51,793 nucleotides of DNA, taken from positions 1 through 51,793 of the forward strand of contig JYFJ02002745.1 of NCBI GenBank assembly GCA_000934665.2, read 5' to 3'. The position numbers and the translations under genes were made by a program. Below are positions 40,010 to 51,793 of the stretch, one piece after another. Below the pieces are notes generated by a model. It searched no databases. It was given only the letters and a program-made list of their open reading frames with translations, and was not told the origin of the DNA. The stretch comes from Catajapyx aquilonaris (taxonomy: Eukaryota). The number at the start of each line of letters is the position of its first letter. Position 1 is the stretch's first letter.

Positions 40010-43000
40010 CTACCGCTTCGGTTGGGGACCGCTGCTTAAAATTTGCTGCAGCCTCTTCTCAAATGCATCCATGTCAGCACGGTCTTGCTGAATGCTATCA
40101 CGAAGCTCCTGGATTCCATCCTCAATCAATTCGTCTGGCTGCCACTTGCGCTTCATTGGCAACGTTGGTGGCTTCTTGCTGGGAGATGGCACTTTTGCAC
40201 ATGGAGCAGCAGATGTTGAAGCCTGTTCACCTTCTGTAGAAATGTTAACGATCTTGCCTTTTTCAATGATGTCTTTAAGCCAATGCTCGGTCTGACATAG
40301 CTCCTCCTTGACTTTGGATGCCTCGTTGCGAAACAAATCATATTCAGGAAGGATCTTTACCAAAGTAGACTGAACTGGTGGTGGCGTTATTGGTTTAGGT
40401 GAGATCATTTCTGGACTCGGATTTTCAGGAATGATCACTTCACGTGGCCACCTGACCTGGAAACCTTCGGTTGCATCAACTGGGCATGCCACCATTTCGT
40501 CTGGAAGAGTTGCCAGTTGATAGTACATGCATGCCTGTATCAAGTGCAGCCAGGGCATGGCATGGAAGTCACAGGGTTTCTCTGTGAGGCTAGCCACCTT
40601 TGAAAGAAGCAGGGCCGTGCTGGCCGATTCACGTTTTAGTCCCCGGCAGTATTGCAAGATGTCCATGGAGTCCTGATACAGTGGGAGTTGCAGGGACACA
40701 ATGGATTTGGTCAGGTGATGGAGGTAATCAAGGCTGTTCCAGTTTCCAGGAGGATCCAACATTTTGTTGCCACGCAGAAGCTCTGGAGCTGGCCACGAGA
40801 GCTCCAGAAGGGATGGGTCAGCCCAGATTCTGGCCAGGTGGACAACAGCTGAGTTGTACACACTGATAAGACTATTTGGATGCTGAAACAACAAGGAACA
40901 TTACAGATTCATTACTTACATGTCAAGAGTGCAACTTTCAACTCCTATCCAAGTACTTACTCTCCTCTGCTGTCTATATTGCCATTGCATGGAAAAATCC
41001 TGGAAGAATGGTTCCAGTACCATGCTGGTCAGGTTATCCTCAGCCCAGTCCTTCAGTGGCAGCACACGCACATTTGGAGGTGATGGCCTGAACCTCGCCA
41101 GCCATTGCAGCAGTGATTTCAACTGAAAAGTGCACAAGTTGACACTTTCATTACTTCGGTCGAATTTTCGTCCCACTGCTACTTACTGCTAACTTGGCAG
41201 TACCATTGCCAACACTGGAACTGCTAAGGTAGCAGCAACTAGCGGTGGGACGAATATTCCACCCTTAGAAACAAAATTCTGACATCTTTTATGCAACTGT
41301 CCCTCATTCATAATTCAGATTTAGCTTGTTGAGACCTTATTAAGACGGACAACGGACAAAGCACTATAGAATCTTTATTTATTTTGGAACTCACCGCCAA
41401 ACTGGCTGCAGGCTCTTGGAACTTCAGCTCCACCTCTTCCACTTGTGACACTAGCTCAGCCATGGAATCATGAAGGGAAAATACACATCCACCAAGAGTC
41501 ATTACTGCAACTGGAATTGATGGTATTGATGGTAGCACGTGCAGGACATCCTCCATCAGGTCCATTCTCCCATCATTTATGAACACAATCCCATGTGCAC
41601 CCTGTACATCATGCTTGATTGGGCTCTTGGTACAGCTCCGAATGCATACCCACAACTTTCCATCGTGGTAAACTGACACCTCTCGGTCCTCTCCAGAATG
41701 CAACTTCGCCTGTTTGACACAAGATAAATTTAAGATAGAATAGGCAACATTTATTGAGAGGAAGGAAAAACTGATAACCCACCTGCACCCAACGATGGTA
41801 CTTGCTTCCAACCACTACCAACACTTTCCATTCAAGCCGCTGCCTTCGATAACAGTCTGGACCAAATTCATTTGCCACTGTGGCTATAATGTCCAATGGT
41901 TTCTTCTCCATGGCACTAGACAGTTTGGCCATGCACAAAGCAGCTTTACCCAATAACTGGACTTTCTCTCGCTGTGAGGCAACCTCCTCCAAATTGGTTG
42001 CAGGAATGTCTGATCCATCGTGCAGTGGGGTGAAGAAGCTGGCAAGGTACACCGACTCCTCCCTGCCCTTCCTCTTAGCCTTCAGCCTTCGGCGCCATTG
42101 GATGAACAGCTTCCGCATCTTAAACTGATGTGCTTGCCGATTCAGTCTTGAAACATTCTCTTCATGCTCCCCAATTGCTTCCTGAAGTGTTTCACTGGCC
42201 ACTTCCTTTAACTCGGATGCAATGGTCTCAAAGAGTATGGTCCGAGCTGCAGATAAAGCCACCCTTTCTTGTGCCACGACTAAGGCAGCAACACCCGCCG
42301 CCATTTCAGCTGTGACATCTTTCAGTAATGACTCGTGAATCTGCATGAAAGGAACAACGACACAACATGAGAATAAGGTTTGCCAGCTAGTGGCTAACTT
42401 ATGCGAATTGTACCGACTGTGAGTATAGTATTAAACAGTCAATCCTGCACTTACTTCAACACACACTTTTGCAATGGTGATTTCCTTCTCCCTCTTCTTC
42501 CTTTTTTCTTCTTCTAAGGCCAACCACTTCTGTACTTCCTCAGCCTTGGCCTCCGCCATTGCATCTTCGCAAACCTCCCTGCACATCTGATTGCTCACTT
42601 CTGTTATTATCTCCTGTAGCACCTGGTATCCTTCCCGTTCAACCATTACTGCCATGCACAAACGTTTGGACTCCCTGTCTGTATACTCATAGCTTATCTC
42701 CTCCACTATGGCCTGACAGCAACGATCCCTACAGGCTTCCTCCTCCATCTGGCGACGCTGATGCTCCAGTGGATCAGGTTGTAGAGGGACAGGCAGAGGT
42801 GGAGGATGCTCTGGTGCAATGTCTGGTTGTGCAAGGGAAGGATGAAGGGGGAAAGGAGGTATTTGAGGTGGTGTTGACGAACCTCGAGGTGAACTATCAC
42901 TGGGCACTGATGACGTCAAGAAGCCATGCTCATTGAAGCTGTTGTGAGGTACATGGGTGAGGTACGGGTTTGGAGGCAAGGGACTTCCATTTATCACCTG

Positions 43001-46000
43001 AAAAAGAAAGTGGCCCTTTCATCCAGAGACAAGACTTCACATTAAGGCTAGAGAAGAAACATTTCAGGTACACGATGTGACATGCAACTAGATTGTGTGA
43101 CGGTGAGTTTTCAAGTGAACATAAACCATACCTCTCCAATGGAACAAGTCCGCTTGCTTTCAATGAGCTTGCTGGCCCTAAATATAGTTGGAGCAGACTC
43201 AGGACTGTGGAAGCTTCTTTTGTCAAGTATCAGTGATTGACTGGCATCATCTGTCACCAGACCATGCTGGGCACAAAAGTGGGAGGCTTCCATGGGGCCT
43301 TCAAATCCCAGCAATTCAATCAGTTCAGCCATGGGGAAATTTATGCTCTTTCCTGGTGGGCAATAGGCACGCAGGATAATGCGTAGGGCATGAGTTCGCA
43401 CCTGAAGTAATAAAGCATGGGAATAATTTGAAATGTTGTGGTACACTCATCACTCGTTTTATATACTAAAGCAATAATGAAATGAAATATTTTTATACAG
43501 TATATCTGTCAGCAGAACTTTACAAATAATGTCACAATGCAGTTCATATCAAATTTAAAAATGAAACTGTGGGCCTCTCTGATATTTACCACATACCTGA
43601 ACAAAGTATCTTTGCAGAATGCAGGCCTCTAGGTAGGTTGCTTTCCGCACCAAATTGAAAAACTGAACATAATTGTGCGAGTCCAGAGCCAGCAGGCAGC
43701 TCACTGCAAACCTGACACAAGATGCACTGTGCACCTCCTCACGCAGCTGTGTAACTTGCCTCAGGCTGTCCCCTTCATTCAGGTTGAGCAACACATCATA
43801 CGCTCGAAATTCTGCCTCACTATGGCAATGAATCCCTTTCTCATCCAGATCACTGTATAGCTCCTTCAGGGTTTGCAGGCACTTGGTGAGATTCTCATTG
43901 TTTATCTTCTGGTCAAATACTGACATGTCCTCCTCACAGAGCCGTTCTGCACAGTGGATGTGGAACCGGGCACACTTTTCTACCAACGCCACTGACTCCG
44001 GACTGCAGAGTTGCTGCTGGGTCACATCTTTGCGTATCCCCCTGGTGCGATCCCACACAAAGTGGTACCAGTCACCTAGATTTTCATCCAATGCTTCACT
44101 GCGGTCCATCACTGAGTTGACGAAGTAGTCCATGGTCATGGTAAGAACAGGAGTAGGGCGAAGTTCATGTGGGAGTGGCTCTTCCTGATCAGCAGAACTT
44201 CGAGAATACTGCTTGATAGCAGCTCGATGGTCAATGATATATTCCTTTCTGTCTCCTGTTTCATAGGATGCCAGCTGGCGCTGTTCTTGCCGCATGTAAC
44301 GCTCCTTCTCTGGGCACATGTCTGGACATGTACCCACATTCTGCTTGTCCAAGGACAGGTCAGAACGCTTGGACTGGAGGCCTGTGGAAACAAATGACAT
44401 TAATCCCATGATCTGACAGTGAGAGTAAATTACTGGCAAAAATCAATATGTCCAGAAGGAGTTTTCAATTCAAATTTTTTGCCGAGTTCAACAAGTTATT
44501 ACAAATAATTTTTGAAGGGCATCCTGAAAAGGCATACTGCTTCACATGAATTCAGCATTCCTAATCTTTCTTAAGCATGAAGTATCAGACTTCCCCATTA
44601 CAATCTTCAAAATTATAAGTAGATTGCTTGACAAAAACATTTCTAATTCCTTATTATGTGGATAGCAGAATTACATTGCAAGCATATTGACAAATAATAA
44701 AATAAAAGCCAGTCAGCCACAGTTACCCATTATGTCAAATCATGTTAATGGACTTCACTAAATCACTATTTATCCCAAGTATTACCTAGCCTCAGAAGAC
44801 GATCTCTTGCGTCCAAAACTTTGAATCTCTCTCCAGCAGTGAATGCTGCTTGCTTGACAATAGACTTGAGCTCTGGCACCATTGTTGCGCCAGAGAGCGG
44901 GACATCTTCCTTCTCTGCCTTCCCCTTTGATGCTGACTTATGGCTTCGTGATGGTGACATTGCCTTTCTGAAACATTAACCATATGTTGCATTTTGTCTC
45001 AGAAGGATCAAGTAAGTGACTTTCAATTCTCTGTTATGACCTGGAAGATACTTGATATTCAGGCCACTGCAGCCGAACCAGAGGCCTTGAAATACACTTG
45101 CAGAATATGATTTCAAAAACTCTGGCTTTTACATGATACAGGCCATTGGTAGTTCTGGTCCTGTACAGAGCAATAGTAAATAAACGCATGTTTGCCCTTA
45201 CTTTGTTTCTGGCTCAACTAATCCACCCCCCATGGCATTAAGTTCTTCAGTGATGTCTGGGTCCTCATGCAGTTTCTTCTTTCGCCACATCTGCTTCTGG
45301 ATCTGCCTTGTCTCGTCCAACTGGCGCATTTTATCTTCCATCTTCTTCAGCCTGTCCTGTTTCGCAGTTTCGGCTGAGCTAGTTTTTAATGACTTTGGAG
45401 ATGCTGACTTTGGAGACAATGAGCTGTAAAAGATTTTCATAGTGGAGCCCTTGAAGAAACCACCTACACCATGTTTTTTGGCAGCAGCAGCAGCATCCTG
45501 AAAATATATTTAAATGACTTGTATAAAGGTGTATCATAATTTTGGGACAAGGCAAGATGACTTGTGAAAGGTCAAGTAGCAGGTTGGGGATATAGGTAGA
45601 GGGGAGCAAATTTTGACACAGCAAATAGGATAAGTTAACAAAATCCTGACTAATTTCCCCAACTGTGCAATGCAGAGCACCCATCTACACTATATCCAAA
45701 TGTTTGTCAGGTCTTGAACTTGGATCTACCCCTTGACACCCGCGAAAGTGTCTGCTCTCTCAAAAGGAGCATTGTTATCACCATGACCAGAAAGCCAGCG
45801 ACCTTCTGCAATTTGACAAATTCCCTGCCCTGACACCCACCTTTAGCAAGAAATTTAACGGACAGATTATTGCAAAATTGGTTGGCAAAATGAACACAAT
45901 CATCACAAAAATTTGCAGATATTCTACCTGCCTAAAATTGGGATATAATAGGATAAAAATGCCGCGACATGACCCATAAATTCAAGGTTCTCAACCACCA

Positions 46001-47256
46001 TGCCATAAATTAGATACAACTTACATGATTATCATAGTGAACATTAGCAACTCTCTTCTTGTTGTTCAAGCTGATGCGAACCACCTTTCCAAATTGGCTG
46101 AAATGGATTTCCAGCTTTTTCTTTCCAATTCCCTCTGGAACGTCCTGGCAGCAGATTGACTTGATCTGCTCCAACTGTCCTGTAGGAATAACTTTCTTTT
46201 GCTTTCCTGTTGGCACGTCCACAGAGCTACTTCCACTTGACATTCGCCGCCTGGCAACGCTGCTCTTCTTTAGCATTGATACAGCACGACCAAACACACC
46301 TCCAGTTTTTGCAACTGTTTTCTTGGGATGCAGCGAAAACGTCTTGGTATCATCTTTGCTTTCCCTGCTAGGTGGCTTAGTCGCACCTTTGGTCTCCATT
46401 GCCACATCTTGGGATACACTTACGGCTCCCTCATCTACAATTAAATATTTACTGTCATTTTTTTTGGAGCATAAAATAAAATAAGTAAAAGTTCTTATCA
46501 ACTACGGTAAGAAGTAATGTCCATGTTATTTTTAATGTTTAACATTGAAAGCTTGCTAAGATATCAAACACTTAAAACAGGCTGACACAAAATGTGTAAG
46601 CTACTTTCTGAATATAGCTAAAAATTAATTACTAATAGTAATTATAAAATAATCAAGGACAGACCCTCACCTGGCATATTATCAGTAGGTCGTGTTTGCT
46701 TCAACCTTGGATCCCTTGGATTCGGTGGAGGTGTAAAAGCCCCTGACACTGATTTTGTGAGTGGGAAGGTTGGCTGTGAAGCTGACCTCATCCCAAACAC
46801 TTGCCGTGAGGTTGACATACCAAATATAGATGATGCTGACCCACCAGATGATTCAGTCACTTGTGGTGTTTTAAACTGAAACGCTTGAGTGGTTGTCCCT
46901 TGTCCAAAGGTATATCCTGGTCCTGATTTCGTACCAAACCCCATTTTCCCACGACCCTTTCCAACAACAAACGGTGTGACACCAAATGCAGGTGAGGAAT
47001 ATTGTCCTCCAAAGATCCCAAATGCTGACTTTGATGGTTGGCCCGTAATGTTTTGGAAAGTTCCTTTCTGAGTGGCTTCTTGGGCAGAAACATGGCCAAA
47101 GAGGACAGCAGGTGGTTCTGGTTGAGACACTGAACTGAACATGGGCCTGTGAGTCAATGCGTGAGGGTCTGATGGGGGTACATTGGGTGGTGTATACTCG
47201 GGAGGTGGTTTTGTCTCTGGTCTGGGTCCAAGTGGGTTCGTTTGTTCTCCGAACAT
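40010..47256 (-). CDS. MCM3AP: GANP/MCM3AP (Sac3/xmas-2) TREX-2 mRNA export scaffold (~1659 aa). Exons 47256-46671, 46434-46025, 45497-45202, 44967-44786, 44381-43597, 43401-43132, 42997-42455, 42340-41783, 41709-41395, 41122-40961, 40882-40010
   Basis: FG-rich nucleoporin-like N-terminus, RRM (HFSQFGKVVRI), Sac3 domain GTCPDMCPEKERY...YSRSSADQEEPLPHELRP...WDRTRGIRKDVTQQ...EAEFRAY, and CID-like helical region (KLFIQWRRRL). Exon phases are consistent and the total is 4980 nt. Confidence 0.93.
41162..41259. repeat. Imperfect hairpin (~44-bp stem, 10-nt loop) in a GANP intron
   Basis: GAATTTTCGTCCCACTGCTACTTACTGCTAACTTGGCAGTACCA / TGGAACTGCTAAGGTAGCAGCAACTAGCGGTGGGACGAATATTC. Confidence 0.8.
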
Positions 47257-47581
47257 GGCTGAATAGATTCAGGCACCTGAAAAATATTTAAAAAAAGCAT
47301 AAAATATAGCACTTCAAACCAAATATGCAAGATTTGCCATTCACATGTTTAAATATTCACCACCAGATTTACTACTAATACAATTGGTGTCATGAGATAC
47401 ATGCGGTATAAGTGGAAAAAAAATATCTGATGGACCTATTTTGCTATTGTACTAGCACAGTCACAAAAAAAAACCTTAAATGAATACTAGTAAAATACAG
47501 TACAGCATAGATTATCCAAATACCAATCAACCGAAACATCAGTTAACCTAAAGCGTTCAAGTCGGTAAATTCAAATTTGCA

Positions 47582-47593
47582 CGCCATGTTGGA
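47582..47593 (-). promoter_or_regulatory. YY1/Pho-type motif near the presumed GANP transcription start
   Basis: CGCCATGTTGGA, the same 12-mer and orientation as upstream of MRPS21. Confidence 0.5.
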
Positions 47594-47624
47594 CTTCTTT
47601 TCCTAAACTGTAGGCCTACTTTAA

Positions 47625-48412
47625 CCCTTTGCTGCCTACGGCCATCATATGATGTCCAGAGATTTGCCCTGCCAACTTGGGTCATTTTTCAACGCAAAAA
47701 ATTTCAACCTCACCGATTTTCTTGAAATTCGGTGCATTGGTAGCCCACACCAAGGGATGAAAAACGCACCTATAGTTACCTGACAAAAATGACCTCGTGA
47801 CCCAATTTTGAGGGGGCAGAGGTCAAATCATAAAATTTCGACCTCGCCGATTATCTTCAAATTCGGTGCATTAGTAGCCCACAACAAGGGATGACAAACC
47901 CACCTATAGTGACCTGATGAAAGTGACCCTGTGACCCAATTTTGAGTGGGGCAGAGGTCAAATCATAAAATTCCGACCTCGCCGATTATCTTCAAATTCG
48001 GTGCATTAGTAGCCCACAACAAGGGATGACAAACCCACCTATAGTTCCCTGCTCGACATGACCCTGTGACCCATATTGGAGGGGACCTATGTCAATGCGC
48101 CGAATTTCAAGAAAATTTGTGACTGGCACTTGCAAAGTCTCCCTTGTGATTCACTAAGGCGGATAGTACGTGTACGCAAAAAATGCAAGTGTGTATAACC
48201 TTGGTATAACCCCCGAATTTCAAGAAAATCGGTGAGGTTGGAATTTGACCTCTGCCCTCATCAGAATTGGGTCATGAGGTCATTTTGATCAGGTAACTAT
48301 AGGTGCGTTTTTCATCCCTTGGGGTGGGCTACCAATGCACCGAATTTCAAGAAAATCGGCGAGGTCATAAAATTTCCGGCAAAGGGGGAAAAAAAACTCC
48401 GTCATCAAAGGG
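47625..48412. mobile_element. Non-autonomous piggyBac-like element with internal ~135-bp repeats
   Basis: TTAA|CCCTTTG...CAAAGGG|TTAA ends. Three tandem ~134-135-bp units start at 47698, 47832 and 47967, with an inverted unit at ~48215-48366. No transposase ORF. Confidence 0.85.
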
Positions 48413-48531
48413 TTAATGTATGTAGTGTACTGTATACTACTTTATGTAAGGTACGTATTTTTAAGACGTGTGATACATAATATACAGGTTTGTGTTTAAT
48501 ATCACTATTTCTTTCTTTCATATTGCTCCTA

Positions 48532-48899
48532 CGGGGGAGGCACGGTGGCCGAGATGGTAACGTCTCGGCTTGCTATGCGAAAGGTCCCGGGTTCAAATCC
48601 CCACCCGGGAACAAACCTTTCGCTTGCGTCAATGGGTCGTGACCCGCGCCTAAGGAGGCGTCTTGGCAACCTGACCTCCTGGGGGACTGCACCTGGCCCA
48701 CCGCTGGACAATGCACCTGCACAAGTGTCCCTTCCCCAAACCCCCCAACCCTTACCCCATTTCCTAGTAATCCTTGCACCGGAGTTTGAAGATAAAAACC
48801 ATTAGAAAACTGTATGGTGGTCTGCCACCCCCCTATAACGGCCTAGGGTTGTATCACGGGGTAAATAAAATAAAAATAAATAAATAAATAAAATAAAAA
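48532..48899 (+). mobile_element. Full-length tRNA-derived SINE with 12-bp target-site duplication
   Basis: TSD ATATTGCTCCTA at 48520-48531 and 48900-48911. A-box TGGCCGAGATGG (48546), B-box GGTTCAAATCC (48590), and an (AAAT)n-type tail at 48863-48899. Confidence 0.9.
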
Positions 48900-49418
48900 A
48901 TATTGCTCCTAGAACACTGGTAGTACAATTTTTGTCGTAAAATGATCGGTTATCCGAAAAATCAGTTATCCAAACACCCCCAATGCGAGGCGCACCTTAA
49001 GGGCGTGGAATAAATTGCCGTACACTGTAGGTGAGACAGCATACACTACATACTGAAACAATTTTAATGTGGACGTTGTATGGACCCACTGAATTCCATG
49101 GTACTCTCACACGCTCAACAGTCCAAAACACAATAAACACAAGCCGTTTGAGACAACAGCCTCTGACACACCAACACCTGCTCCTTCTCGCTCCTTCCCC
49201 AACATCCGCCCGCCCCTGTCTCTCAACCAGTTGTACCTGCAATCCACCTGTCCCTCCTCCGAAGCAGCCCTACTTTCCCAACGCTTCCTCTGTTCGGAGC
49301 GGAACATCCGTCGCCCTCTCTACGCCGCCATCTTGCCTTCTCCAGTCGATGCTGGCCTGCTGCCATCTGCTGGCACGGATGTGCACCACACACCACACGC
49401 ACGTGCGTTGTTTCTTTA

Positions 49419-49776
49419 GGGCCGTTTACACTAGGAAACTTGTCAAATAACTAGTTGTACAACTAGTTGCAATAAAATCCCCCACGTGACCAGCTTCTCG
49501 ACCCTCCCACCAACCCAACCTTGAACTTTCAAGATGGATTCCGTCGGATTCCCTATTCCCCCTCCCAGGTTGAACAACTAGTATGCTCCCTAGAGCTAAA
49601 CTTTATGGCTCCACCCACGACTTATGGCTCCACCCACAACCAGAAAGTTGGTTGGATGACAAGTTGGAGCTTTTTCAGGTCAGGGCAAAACTTCCTATCT
49701 GTCCCATGTATTTTCAGGTTGGACAAAACTAGTTGCGCAACTAGTTATTTGACAAGTTTCCTAGTGTAAACGGCCC
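49419..49776. mobile_element. MITE (PIF/Harbinger/Tourist-like)
   Basis: 39-bp perfect terminal inverted repeat GGGCCGTTTACACTAGGAAACTTGTCAAATAACTAGTTG / CAACTAGTTATTTGACAAGTTTCCTAGTGTAAACGGCCC, flanked by TTA and TTT. Confidence 0.85.
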
Positions 49777-51793
49777 TTTTGTAACTTCCAGCGGGGAACG
49801 TGCACCATTGCAAAACAATGCTCGTATGGTTAAATAAATTATAATATTTTACGGAGGTAGGGTGATGAGGCAACCACGTGCCATTGGTCGACGCAGGGCA
49901 CTGGGGAAATCCCCCATGCAGGATGCAGGGACACCAACGTTGGCGGGGGAGGGACCTTCGCTCTCTTCGGAAGGCGTATTTCCAGCCGTTTTGTGGGCTT
50001 GGGAGTCGTGGGAGTATTTTTCCATGGATCGTTACTAGTGCAGGTAAATCCAAATGCGGTTTAAAAGCTGGTCTGAGGCTGCAGTGGGTGTCCGCCTCTC
50101 TCCGTCACGTTGATCCCCTGCCGGGGCTTTCCATTTTTAGTTCCTGACCAGATAAAGGAAATACAAAAGCGCGTGAACCAGGAAAAGACGAGCTCGCTGT
50201 AATTCCACGGGTGGGTGCCACTGGAAGACGACGCCTGCTGTTCTGCCCGGAATTCCAGGGAGAAGGCGACATTCAATTATTGCGTACCTGTAACAATAGC
50301 AGCTAGCTAAAGGAATAAGGTAATTAATTATCACTTCCTGATTCCTGAAGTTACCTGCTGTGTAATGCAACATACGTGTATGAATCATGCCGGCGCCTGC
50401 TTGTGTGTGTGACGTAATTGGCATGTAATTGCTCTGACCGAAACTTGTATATGTGAGTGCCTGATGGGAAACTTGGATAGCATGTATTTCGTCGTTATTG
50501 GTAAATTGATTGCTTACAAAAATATTATAACTCCTTTTGAAACACTATTGTGTTAATTGCAAGGTTAATTTAATTTTGTGGTACTAATAATATGTTCTTA
50601 GTAAGGACTGTGTCATATACATGAGCCAGGAATTAGTGATAATCAACACCCAGTTTGCACCTGACTGCCCAAAAAATTTATGTTTGGAATCTAACACTTG
50701 TGGGTGTAAATTATGGGTACAAAGGTTCTCCTTCCATGACACTTTTGTAAATTTGTGCAGTGAGTCATATCTGTTATCTGTGATGGGTAATTGCTGATGG
50801 TTCCATTTCCTCCCTAATAAGATAGGGGAAATCTGTGGATAATACAGAACCCCAGGCCATATGATATCACAATGGCTTTACACATACGTAGCCTACTTAA
50901 CCATTATAAGTTTAAATTACAAGTTTTCATTCAGGCATCAACAAAAAGAGTAGTAAAAATAAGAGTTATACAAGGGCAATTCCGCGCATCATGCACCAAC
51001 AATAGCTCACCATTTTTAGGGCTTGTGACGCCACTGCTGTGGCTGTATATTTGCCCTAATCGAAAAACTGTTACCACCATCATATGCAGCACAGGAATAT
51101 GCATAAGAAAGATCCCATGGAGACTGCAGTCATTGGCCACCCACATCTGTGAAAATACCAGAACTTTAATACACCAACCATTGCATTGCAGGACACACTT
51201 TTCTGGGGTGTCATGCACAGGCGCAAAACTCTGCAAATTGTGAGAGCACTGCTTTTGAAGCTAAAGTTGTAAAGTACATCATAGGGAAGATGACAGTGGG
51301 ACGAATACAATGATGCCAAAGGTTTATGCCAGAGGTCATTATTAGGTCATATTAGGTCATTATCTAATATCTAATCTAATACAGTACATATTTCAAGACC
51401 TATATCTGTCTGTCTGTCACCTAAACAGATCCATACGGAGGCCTCCACATATGCCCCAGGGGTATCACCAGGAGTAGTGTTTTACCGGGAATAACATAGG
51501 CACATTGGAATTCACCTCCGAGGTCATCCTTGGCCACAGGAGGCGAAAAGGACTTTGGAACACTCTTCTAATAATGAGCAATTGGCTGTAAACAACACCT
51601 GTCTTGGGTTACCCGGCCAACCACTGAATGCCCAAGTCCATGAATCGCCCCCTCCCCACTGCCCCCACCCCCCACTCCTGTTCCATGCACCCACCCCAGG
51701 GATTACTTAGCTTAGGGATATGAAACTTCAAGCTTCAGCGCAAGTCGCTTGATGTCGCTACTGGCGCGATTCGCTACGAGCGCCTCTAGTGGC

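Noticed and set aside
45034..45160. Possible extra GANP exon after the acceptor-like ctgtacag
   Set aside because: The required frame runs into a stop, the intron would be 41 nt, and the model closes in phase without it.
47698..48100. Regularly spaced repeats as a CRISPR-like array
   Set aside because: Units are contiguous ~135-bp tandem copies with no unique spacers, inside a TTAA-flanked element in a eukaryotic genome.
48539..48612. tRNA-like sequence (A/B boxes, TGC in an anticodon-like loop)
   Set aside because: No proper acceptor stem, and it is the head of a TSD-flanked element with an A-rich tail, so it is a SINE rather than a tRNA gene.
50872..51319. Overlapping 80-120-aa ORFs (also 2600-3220 in an OTULIN intron)
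   Set aside because: No recognisable domain. They may be decayed transposon fragments, but this cannot be supported without a search.

Overview
Gene-dense, intron-containing animal genomic DNA, most likely arthropod or another invertebrate (judged from insect-like CRMP and Mitf motifs). Six genes were reconstructed by hand from GT-AG junctions with consistent phase: (1) an ~899-aa OTULIN/FAM105-family deubiquitinase (+) with an N-terminal membrane anchor and tandem LEWD motifs; (2) mitochondrial ribosomal protein MRPS21 (-), missed by the ORF track; (3) a dihydropyrimidinase/CRMP gene (+); (4) molybdate transporter MFSD5 (-); (5) a Mitf/TFEB bHLH-Zip gene (+) with three alternative first exons and a candidate internal first exon carrying an NLS-like motif; (6) GANP/MCM3AP/xmas-2 (-). 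The CRMP locus is the most striking. It appears to have three independent switches: a hidden three-exon long N-terminus resembling vertebrate long CRMP isoforms versus a short first exon; mutually exclusive 233-nt exons (His-containing enzyme versus His-to-Pro pseudoenzyme); and duplicated alternative last exons. Introns and intergenic DNA hold two tRNA-type SINEs with target-site duplications and a shared 3' tail, several MITEs, long hairpins and microsatellites. All homology calls come from recalled motifs, not from database searches.
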